DNA of 32,000 nucleotides from Candidatus Saccharimonas aalborgensis (GTDB taxonomy: Bacteria; Patescibacteriota; Saccharimonadia; Saccharimonadales; Saccharimonadaceae): contig NC_021219.1 in the NCBI RefSeq assembly GCF_000392435.1, positions 981,782-1,013,781 of the forward strand, given 5' to 3'. Positions 24,344 to 32,000 of this stretch are shown here, in pieces. A program made the translations under genes and the position numbers. Position 1 is the first letter of the stretch. Every line of letters starts with the position of its first letter. The notes below the pieces were generated by a model, which made no database searches, was not told the origin of the DNA, and worked only from the letters and a program-made list of their open reading frames with translations.

Positions 24344-25388
24344 CCCCTTTCATACCTAGGTGTATCGTAGGTAGTATTTCCATAAACCACCAAACAAGAA
24401 GAAGCGTCATAACGATGCTTAGCATCCAATACGTACTCAAGTAAAACAATACCTCTCGGTGCGTATCGACGACAACCTCCAATCGACTCTCACTCACAAT
24501 AGCATCAATCGGCTCGTTCTGATTTGTTCTATGAAAATACTTTAATCCTAGGCTCTCAGCGATTGTGCGAAGATTACGTTCATCGACTTTCGATACAGCA
24601 CGGCCTCCTGGCTTCGTTGCTATCTCACTATAGTCCGGAACATATTTAAACGACTCAGCTATCTTAACGTTGCGTATGCCATAGTAAGTAGTCATGTATG
24701 CTCCAGCTTCTGTACCATAACCCAGTACGGCTCCTCCGTCTATCATTGGCCTCAATTCTGCAAATGAGCGTGGTACATTGCTACTCGTCTGCTCCCCATC
24801 TCCAATGTAAAAGAATAACCTACCTCTGTCGGGGTGTGACTCCCCACTTTTTTCGAGTAAACGCTTCACTACATCGATGGGCTTATCAATGCTCGTTCCG
24901 GTAGAGTAATTTGAATTTTCAAGATCAAGTACTTTTACTGCTGTCATGACTGCGCTAGCATCCGTTGTGAGCGGAACACTGACTCGCGCACTTGAGTCAA
25001 AAGTTACAATTGCAATATGGGCGCCATTAATCTTATGAATTAGCTTCATGAGATCTGTCCGAGCTCCCTCAATACGTGGTTGTTGATCACTGTAATCAAG
25101 CGCCGACATACTTGTTGTTCGATCAATTGCGATAACTACATCGACATTTAGCATCCCCGCGGGAGATCTCCCGCCAGGATAGCTCGGCCCCAGCGCTATC
25201 AGAATCAAGACGATGCCCATGGCAACACCACGCCAGTATGCATGTGACCGTAGCCCGCTACCTTTGGTTCTGATAACAGATAGTATGCAAGCAACGAGAA
25301 AACAACTTCCACATGCGATAATAACCCAGTAAGGAACGAGTGGCTGTAAAATCATAACTTCAAGCTCCTTATTACTAACACAAGACAA
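24336..25388 (-). CDS. VWA-domain membrane protein, BatB-like
   Basis: VDVVIAIDRTTSMSALDYSD (MIDAS-like), GTSIDKPIDVV, FFYIGDGEQT, flanking TM segments. Confidence 0.75.
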   Translation of the reverse strand: MSCVSNKELEVMILQPLVPYWVIIACGSCFLVACILSVIRTKGSGLRSHAYWRGVAMGIVLILIALGPSYPGGRSPAGMLNVDVVIAIDRTTSMSALDYSDQQPRIEGARTDLMKLIHKINGAHIAIVTFDSSARVSVPLTTDASAVMTAVKVLDLENSNYSTGTSIDKPIDVVKRLLEKSGESHPDRGRLFFYIGDGEQTSSNVPRSFAELRPMIDGGAVLGYGTEAGAYMTTYYGIRNVKIAESFKYVPDYSEIATKPGGRAVSKVDERNLRTIAESLGLKYFHRTNQNEPIDAIVSESRLEVVVDTHREVLFYLSTYWMLSIVMTLLLVWWFMEILPTIHLGMKGVE

Positions 25389-26425
25389 ATTATGGTGATA
25401 GCTAATATAATGAAACTAGGTCCAGGAGTATCAGTCGTTGTATATTGCGACTCACCGACAAAGAGTTTCGCCTCTTGCTGAGATATCTTTTGAACCACAT
25501 CTGAGATCACGTCTACCGAAGAAAGCCGGTAGTAGGCTCCACTTGTCATTATCGTGTAAAGCTTCAGAGTTTCATGCTCCTTAAAACTAGTGTCAGGTTC
25601 GTTTGGATCAGACTGTCGCGTCGCGTCATTATAGACACCTGGATCAAGAGAGTAGACGCGAATGTTTTTTTGTTTTGCAAGCATCATCGACTGTTCCGTC
25701 GTGATTATTCCTTGAGTTTTTGGATCTCCACCACCAAACTCGTTGTCCGTCGCAAGAATAATTGATTGTGAGCGACCAGTTGTGTTCTCACCGAGATGCT
25801 TAACACACCCTGCTAGACCCAATCCAATATTTGATGTTGGCAGATCACTGCGGAACAAAAGAGTCCCTCCTATGAATCGTTGGTACTCTTCAAATTGATC
25901 TGATGAAGCGGATTGGGGATTAATGGAGAGGGCCTTTTTTATCTCAACTAATTTTTCCTGAATCAAATTATAGTCATCTGTCAGAGGAAAAACCTGCGAA
26001 CCGACCATGTTAAAAATATCAAGTCCTACTCGTTGTCCTCGGAAGCTAGTAATGAGATGTAAGTATGTATCAACCAATGATTCATCCACTGCCCTCATAG
26101 AACCCGACACATCTAGACATAGCATGATATCTCTATTTCGTTCGGAAGGCGTAATGATGTTTTGTTCAGATGGACGAAGTGTCAATAATAACGATGCGCA
26201 GAGAGCTAAACAAAAGAGTATTAGTACAGCTAAAGTCATGAAACGATACCGTTGCGCAATACGCTTGTACTCGGATAATCGAGTAATCCGGCTACTATGA
26301 GCCGTCCGAATAATTACACGAGAGGACCTCGTATATTTTTTAAGCCAACTTCGTTTATAAGCAATTCCTAAAATGATTGCTAGTACCAACCACACGACGA
26401 TGAACCATAGGTTTAAGAAGACCAT
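25352..26425 (-). CDS. VWA-domain membrane protein, BatA-like
   Basis: NIIT...RDIMLCLDVSGSMRAVDESL, LPTSNIGLGLAGCV, SIILATDNEFGG; TM segments at both ends. Confidence 0.8.
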   Translation of the reverse strand: MVFLNLWFIVVWLVLAIILGIAYKRSWLKKYTRSSRVIIRTAHSSRITRLSEYKRIAQRYRFMTLAVLILFCLALCASLLLTLRPSEQNIITPSERNRDIMLCLDVSGSMRAVDESLVDTYLHLITSFRGQRVGLDIFNMVGSQVFPLTDDYNLIQEKLVEIKKALSINPQSASSDQFEEYQRFIGGTLLFRSDLPTSNIGLGLAGCVKHLGENTTGRSQSIILATDNEFGGGDPKTQGIITTEQSMMLAKQKNIRVYSLDPGVYNDATRQSDPNEPDTSFKEHETLKLYTIMTSGAYYRLSSVDVISDVVQKISQQEAKLFVGESQYTTTDTPGPSFIILAITIICLVLVIRSLKL

Positions 26426-26895
26426 TCGCTCACTACCTTTCGTGCACCTGCCAACGCTTCGTCGACATTGCCATTTTCTACAACGGAGAACTCGGGCGCA
26501 TAGTACCCCTCGATTATAGGAACTAGCTTGGTATGACGAGAACGTTTCAGATCGGCTAGTGTCATAGTCGCCACCGATGATTGAGTAGCATGAGACGCAA
26601 ATTGTCTCACTACAGTTGATAATTGCTGGTGAAGAACACGAGCGTAGATAGTTCGACTACGATACTCATGCTCAATAGCGTCGATTTTTTCTAGGTATTC
26701 ACTTTTGAGTAGTGTCAAATCCATGGCGAGAGAAGGAGCTGGCGAAAGAGATGCAAGGGTTTTTTGTTGACGGCGACGCGTTATCAACAGGATACTTACA
26801 AGAATAGTACTAAGTAAAACGATGCATCCGCCAGCATAAATCATAGCCAGCGGACCCTGTGACAGCAAAGGTGACAAATCAGGTATATCGTGCAC
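26413..26895 (-). CDS. Small single-pass membrane protein in DUF4381-like position
   Basis: GPLAMIYAGGCIVLLSTILVSILLITRRRQQ; lies between DUF58 and VWA genes. Assignment is by position only. Confidence 0.5.
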   Translation of the reverse strand: MHDIPDLSPLLSQGPLAMIYAGGCIVLLSTILVSILLITRRRQQKTLASLSPAPSLAMDLTLLKSEYLEKIDAIEHEYRSRTIYARVLHQQLSTVVRQFASHATQSSVATMTLADLKRSRHTKLVPIIEGYYAPEFSVVENGNVDEALAGARKVVSEWSS

Positions 26896-27760
26896 TTCGA
26901 TGCCTTTCTAAGAGGCGAAATACTTTGGGCACTGCTTCTTCCTCAGACGATACTGTCTCTGTCGCTATAGCCATACGGTTTAACTCACGTTCAAACTTCT
27001 GGCGGTTTTCTGCTTCTTCACGCCGAAAAGCAGCCATGACAGTTTTATTTCGCCGAATAAAGGCCGGTAGTATATGCCCAATCTGCTCTACGTCCGCGAT
27101 AAACGAGCGCATCGTCAGGTCAGCATCAGATACGCGCAGCCATAGTATTTCGTGCTGTGCGCGTAGCCTCTTTACGACACTGCGCACTGACTCATCAAAC
27201 TCAATTTCATCAGATATGACAACTACTATCATCTTGCGTCGAACATTTCGCACAACGTACTCAAGTTGGCTCGCAATATTACTCTCATCAGACTCGTCAA
27301 CAACAGAAGTATCAATGACTTGAAGTAACCGTTCTAGATGAGTCATGCCCGTCTTGAGCGGGTGATAGCGTGAATGCCCTTTGTCTCCAGAAACCATCCC
27401 CACTAGATCGCCGTGTTTTAACGCAACTGTTCCGATAACTCCGGCAAGCATGATGACTGTGTCCTTTTTTGAAGAGCCACTATCCGTTACTGCTGTCATA
27501 TTTCTCCCCGTATCAATGACAAGCATGATGTTATGTTTGCGAACGGCAATATAGCGTCGAATACGCGTAGCTCCGCTCCGTGCTGTTGCTTTCCAGTCAA
27601 TATCCTTTATATCATCTCCCGGAATGTACTCGCGAAGATCATCGAAATCCATACTCCTTCCCTTAAAAACCGAGCCATACTCGCCAACTAGCACCCCCCG
27701 CACTCTCTCGTGTGCGTATATTGCCATCTTGGCCTTAACGTTTGTTAGCAAGCTACCCAT
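26879..27760 (-). CDS. DUF58 family protein
   Basis: GRSMDFDDLREYIPGDDIKDIDWKATARSGATRIRRYIAVRKHNIMLVIDTGRNM. Confidence 0.88.
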   Translation of the reverse strand: MGSLLTNVKAKMAIYAHERVRGVLVGEYGSVFKGRSMDFDDLREYIPGDDIKDIDWKATARSGATRIRRYIAVRKHNIMLVIDTGRNMTAVTDSGSSKKDTVIMLAGVIGTVALKHGDLVGMVSGDKGHSRYHPLKTGMTHLERLLQVIDTSVVDESDESNIASQLEYVVRNVRRKMIVVVISDEIEFDESVRSVVKRLRAQHEILWLRVSDADLTMRSFIADVEQIGHILPAFIRRNKTVMAAFRREEAENRQKFERELNRMAIATETVSSEEEAVPKVFRLLERHRSARYT

Positions 27761-27763
27761 AGA

Positions 27764-28819
27764 CTACGGTGCAGTAACTGCCCCAAAAATCGCATCGATA
27801 ATTGCTTCTGGATGAATCTGATCTGCAATAGCCTCAAAGTTCAAGATTATGCGATGTCGCAAGACGCTATGACGAAGTTCTTTAACGTCCTCAGGTATAA
27901 CGTAGTTGCGTCCATTGATAATCGCAAGTGCTTTCGCAACCTGTTGAAAAGCAATACTAGCGCGCGGACTTCCTCCGTACTGTATATATTTTGCATAGTC
28001 CTGACTAATATAGGTACTCGGCTGACGAGTTGCTGCTACGATTGTTACGATATATTGTTTTATAGCGTCATCAATATAGACCTTATTAACTAATTCTTGG
28101 AGAGCAAGTATATCATCGATTTCAACATGAGCAGATACACCCGATTTTGCATCTTCGCCTAAAATGCCTGATTCAATACGTTTGAGTATCTCAAGTTCCT
28201 GCGAAACTGTCGGGTAGTCGAGTACTTCTTTGAGTAAGAATCGATCAAGTTGGGCCTCTGGAAGTTCATAAGTACCCTCCTGCTCGATGGGGTTTTGGGT
28301 AGCAAGAACAACAAATGGTTTCGGCAATGGGTAATTTGTTCCGCCAATACTTGTCTGTCTCTCCTGCATCGCTTCGAGCATCGCGCTCTGTGTCTTTGCG
28401 CTGCTTCGATTTATCTCATCTAGCAAAATAAAATTTGCATGAACAGGACCGAGTTGCGTACGGAACTCACCCTTTGAGTAGTCGTATATTTGCGTACCGA
28501 TAATATCGCTTGGCAGCAGATCCGGTGTACACTGGATGCGCTTAAAGCTAGCATTAACTGATTTGGCAAGCGTATGAGCCGCAGTTGTTTTTGCTAGACC
28601 CGGTACACTCTCAAGAAGAACATGACCACCCGTTATCATACTGACAAGTAACGCCGTCTTGAGGTTTTCTTGACCAACGACATGTTGGCCAAACACCTCA
28701 GCTATTGTTGCGAGGACGTTCCGCGCACGATCCATTTGCTCTTGCCCAATACTATTTGTACCCGGCATTGAGAAATCCTCTGTTGGTGATTGTAGTGGTT
28801 GTCCTTGCTCTTGTTCCAT
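27764..28819 (-). CDS. MoxR-family AAA+ ATPase
   Basis: Start reset to MEQEQGQPLQ (AAGGAG upstream). GGHVLLESVPGLAKTTAAHTLA, FILLDEINRSSAKTQSAMLEAMQERQ, ATQNPIEQEGTYELPEAQLDRFL. Confidence 0.93.
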   Translation of the reverse strand: MEQEQGQPLQSPTEDFSMPGTNSIGQEQMDRARNVLATIAEVFGQHVVGQENLKTALLVSMITGGHVLLESVPGLAKTTAAHTLAKSVNASFKRIQCTPDLLPSDIIGTQIYDYSKGEFRTQLGPVHANFILLDEINRSSAKTQSAMLEAMQERQTSIGGTNYPLPKPFVVLATQNPIEQEGTYELPEAQLDRFLLKEVLDYPTVSQELEILKRIESGILGEDAKSGVSAHVEIDDILALQELVNKVYIDDAIKQYIVTIVAATRQPSTYISQDYAKYIQYGGSPRASIAFQQVAKALAIINGRNYVIPEDVKELRHSVLRHRIILNFEAIADQIHPEAIIDAIFGAVTAP

Positions 28820-28838
28820 GTACTCTCCTTTTCCCGTC

Positions 28839-29501
28839 TTATGCCCAATATTGCGCGATGTATACGGCAAGCTTTTGCTTCTCCTCATCGCTGTATATAT
28901 CTTGATTCTCGAAATAATGATCCTCACCCATAACAGACGAGGGCAGTACATCGAGTATAATTGATTCATCGGTGTTTATACGAAACTGTTCAGAAACATC
29001 TATGGTTACATTGCCGACGGCTCCATAAACCCTGTGTGGAGTAAGGGGCTTAAGGAGAAGCTTGGCAACTTCTAGCTCAAGTGAATTCATCATGACATCT
29101 CCAACAAGAATAACAGTTCTATTGTTGAGAATATGTGGATCAGTCGTTCCGTGATACTCATTAACCGCCTGATTGAGTCGGCTCATCGCTTCACGTTTCT
29201 GGTCCTCTATCTGCGCCATGAACTCTTGCTTAATGTACTCGTAATCATTCTCTGTTATAGATGGATTGAGACAGAATTCTCCAGACTGTTCGAGCGCACC
29301 TAGTTTTGCAGTTGTATCAAGGGGGTTGGTCAGTTTTTCGTAAAAAAGAGGCAATATCCATGCGCGCAATTTTATAGCCATACCAACGGCAACCATCATA
29401 GAACTTGGTTTCATGCAGACAAGAACTGCGTCAGTACCTCTTACATTCGTAAGAGTATCCGCCAGCTTGTTACCCAGTGCCATGCGATCAGTAAAATACA
29501 T
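28839..29501 (-). CDS. Phosphoribosyltransferase-like protein with degenerate PRPP loop
   Basis: MYFTDRMALGNKLADTL...DAVLVCMKPSSMMVAVGMA...RTVILVGDVMMNSLELEVAKLLLK resembles the COG1926-type PRTase layout. Confidence 0.6.
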   Translation of the reverse strand: MYFTDRMALGNKLADTLTNVRGTDAVLVCMKPSSMMVAVGMAIKLRAWILPLFYEKLTNPLDTTAKLGALEQSGEFCLNPSITENDYEYIKQEFMAQIEDQKREAMSRLNQAVNEYHGTTDPHILNNRTVILVGDVMMNSLELEVAKLLLKPLTPHRVYGAVGNVTIDVSEQFRINTDESIILDVLPSSVMGEDHYFENQDIYSDEEKQKLAVYIAQYWA

Positions 29502-29602
29502 GTAATTTCCTATCTGCTATAGATAGTATACGGTTATGGTTCAACTCTCACAATAGCCTTATTTTTTATTGTCTTTTAGCTTATTTTAAGGTTTGATACG
29601 AT

Positions 29603-30917
29603 ATGCTAGTGAATAGCATGAAAGAACACAGTAAACGTGCTGCACTATATGCGGCTATCTCAATTTCACTCGTGCCCTGTTTTGGGCTTCTCACATTTCC
29701 CAGCGTAGTTTCACCTCCCTCCCTGGCACTCTATGCATCAGCAATCCTCGGGTATATCGGACTCGTCTTATTGCTGTGGATGTATGTTTTGGGTACAAAA
29801 AGCGTGATGGGGCTCTGGTTTACTGACTTGGCACCAGTACTATCAATTCACAAGTGGATCGGTAAGTACGGCGTTGTGCTAATTGCTATTCACCCCTTAC
29901 TGATTACCTATAGTTACGGAGAGTCGCTGCTCTATTCGTTTATCCCAAAGCTTGACACGGTCGCTGAACGACATATTTTGCTAGGACAAATTGCATTTTG
30001 GCTTCTCATCATCATTTGGATTAGTTCAGCAGTTATCCGGGACAAACTATCATGGCGTACCTGGAAATATTTCCATTTTGTCACCTATGTGTGTCTTCCC
30101 TTTGCCCTGCTTCATGTGCTTGACTTGGGTTCTCAAGAGCAAACACACGTTCTTATCAAGGCCTATCTCCTCTTGTTGGGACTTGTCCTTCTCACCTTTT
30201 CACTCCTGAGGATGCGGTCATTTCTTAACCTTGACCGGACTCGTTATATCGTAGTCAGTCAGGCAAAATTAACAGAATCTGACTACTCTCTTCTGCTACG
30301 TCCCCTCACTTCTCACCATCTGACTCCAAAGCAAGGTCAATATGTGTATATAAAGCTGGGGTATCTCAGCGAAGATCACCCCTTTAGTGTTGTTCGGTAT
30401 GACCAGGCAACGGACGAGATGGTGCTCGCCTACCGTGTCTTTGGCATGTACACAAAGGAACTAAAAAAGCTGCAAGCCAATTCGACCGTATTCCTGAGCG
30501 GACCCTATGGCAGCTTTATGGAAGAACTGGTCTCCGATGGTACTACGCCTGTCGTGTACCTCGCGGGTGGAATCGGCATTACCCCCTTTGCCTCGCATCA
30601 TGCAGCAAGGAACTATCCGCGAACAGTGGCTTTTTGCCGCCAATCGCAGTCGCTCTTCAGCTGTTCTGATACCGACACTTAAGTCTGCTCTCGGCGACAG
30701 GTGTATTTGTGTTTATAACCGCGAAGACGGCTCACTCGGCGAAGGAGAGGAAGCCGGCTATATTACCGCTGAGCTCCTCAAAAAATACCTGATTGACCCG
30801 ACGCGTTTCCATTATTATCTCTGTGGCCCCCCTGGTATGATAGCTGCGATGCGCAGTAACCTCGCGGCGCTTACTGTACCCAAACATGCCATCCACTCAG
30901 AGAAATTCGAATGGTAA
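29603..30917 (+). CDS. Ferric-reductase-like transmembrane protein fused to ferredoxin-NADP reductase domain, split by an apparent frameshift near 30631-30635
   Basis: 29603..30682 gives TM segments with paired His (HKWIGKYGVVLIAIH; HFVTYVCLPFALLH), HPFSVV and GGIGITPF. The rest of the reductase (AANRSRSSAVLIPTLKS...LCGPPGMIAAMRSNL...HSEKFEW) is in the next frame, ending 30917. Confidence 0.75.
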
Positions 30918-30935
30918 TTTCGAGCAATCCTCCTC

Positions 30936-31778
30936 TTATTTATTGCGTACCAGTATAGTCTGGAGGCCATATTGTTTTTGCAGCACGCGTTCAAGATCTG
31001 GACGAAGAATTAGGACAGTTGCCATCGTATCAGCAATACACGCCGTAGTGGCTCGCACATATGTCGCGACAACATCGCTATCGCTTGAATCATCACGACG
31101 GGGATCGATAATATGATGCTTGGTCTGATTGCCATCTTGCCAAACGCGCTTGAGGGTATTACTCGCCGCCAGTGCTCCTGATGTAATCTGTGTTTGGCCA
31201 ATTTTTTTGGTGGAGTCGGTGGGATGCTCCAGCGCGAACTCAATCGGTGTTTCTGACTGGCAGTAGAGGTCACCGCCGCCATTGACAATAAACGCATCGA
31301 TACCAAAGTCGCGCAAATGCTGCGACAAGACGTCGATAAGCCAACCTTTACCAAACCCTCCAAAATCAAGCATGACGGGTTCTGGCAAGACAATTTCATT
31401 ATCCGAAACGGCAACATCACGCCAGAAGTCTCGCACGTGAAGTTGCCGCGCAGCCTTCCGCTTGCCGTAGCCGAGACGATGGAGCGTGTTGCCTATCGTG
31501 ATATCAAACACGCCGTCCGATGCATGGTACATCTCTCTTGCAAACTCCATCATCTTCACCATTTCAGTTGGTGGATTGATCACTTTTCCTGTCCTTAGTA
31601 ATTCAGCTACTAAAGAATCATCACGAAAGCGTGAGTACCGTTTGTCAAACTGGTTGACAATGTCGTCGAGATCAGCTCTTAGTTCTTGACTAAACTCCTG
31701 ATCACTCAGTATCTCAAGCCACCAGTGCGTGCCGATTGCATCAAACTCATAGAGTTTATTTATGGCGCCCTCCCTCAC
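30936..31778 (-). CDS. apbE: FAD:protein FMN transferase (ApbE family)
   Basis: YSRFRDDSLVAELL, DGVFDITIG, LDFGGFGKGWLIDVL, VNGGGDLYC, TTACIADTMATVLI. Confidence 0.88.
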   Translation of the reverse strand: MREGAINKLYEFDAIGTHWWLEILSDQEFSQELRADLDDIVNQFDKRYSRFRDDSLVAELLRTGKVINPPTEMVKMMEFAREMYHASDGVFDITIGNTLHRLGYGKRKAARQLHVRDFWRDVAVSDNEIVLPEPVMLDFGGFGKGWLIDVLSQHLRDFGIDAFIVNGGGDLYCQSETPIEFALEHPTDSTKKIGQTQITSGALAASNTLKRVWQDGNQTKHHIIDPRRDDSSDSDVVATYVRATTACIADTMATVLILRPDLERVLQKQYGLQTILVRNK

Positions 31779-31781
31779 TAC

Positions 31782-32000
31782 TTATGCTTTTGCTTGCGCA
31801 CGAATCGTATCAATGGCATTACTAAACGCATAAGTAGTCAAGCTTGCCCCACCAATCCTACTTGGTGAGTAGCCAGCGAGTGACTGACCGGTGGCATCTG
31901 AGTTCACGTAACTGTTGAAGCTGTCGATGTACATAGCCGATTCACGATCAGTGTACGAGTTGGTCGCGCTTGCAGCGGTAATTTTACCTCCCGAAATGGT
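31782..32000 (-). CDS. C-terminal part of an FMN-binding-domain protein (truncated by window edge)
   Basis: Reverse complement reads TISGGKITAASATNSYTDRESAMYIDSFNSYVNSDATGQSLAGYSPSRIGGASLTTYAFSNAIDTIRAQAKA*, resembling FMN_bind with GGASLTT at the flavinylation site. Confidence 0.7.
   Translation of the reverse strand, partial: TISGGKITAASATNSYTDRESAMYIDSFNSYVNSDATGQSLAGYSPSRIGGASLTTYAFSNAIDTIRAQAKA

Noticed and set aside
1-32000. CRISPR arrays, tRNA/rRNA genes, transposases or integrases
   Set aside because: None seen: no regularly spaced repeats, tRNA acceptor/TPsiC patterns or recombinase motifs in the gaps I read.

Overview
The window looks like a reduced, CPR-type genome; Saccharibacteria-like is my inference from gene content and could not be checked. 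The backbone is a minus-strand ribosomal locus. rpsJ stands alone (17090..17416), followed after a break of about 3.7 kb by rplC-rplD-rplW-[ORF]-rplB-rpsS-rplV-[ORF]-rpsC-rplP-rpmC-rpsQ-rplN-rplX-rplE-rpsN-rpsH-[ORF]-rplF-[42-aa ORF]-rplR-rpsE-rplO, a terminator, a hypothetical gene, secY, infA and rpmJ. The rest holds a PdaC-like deacetylase, a DEAD-box helicase, a CtlX-like amidinotransferase, an ECF sigma/putative anti-sigma pair, tuf, a MoxR/DUF58/VWA/VWA/TPR (Bat-like) operon preceded by a degenerate phosphoribosyltransferase-like gene, and a flavin redox cluster (ferric-reductase-like protein, ApbE, truncated FMN-binding protein). The most unusual signals are: (1) three GC-rich plus-strand transcription units lying antisense inside the ribosomal locus (about 572-1064, 2596-3344, 13543-14850), each with its own sigma70-type promoter and terminator; (2) the first of these is packed with consecutive near-perfect hairpins, so it may be a structured ncRNA rather than, or as well as, a 116-aa gene; (3) four small translation-coupled unknown ORFs sit between ribosomal protein genes, including a 42-aa one missing from the ORF track (5394..5522, minus) whose C-terminus repeats the GKAGKK tail of L6. 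All family calls come from reading the protein sequences; no database search or folding was run.
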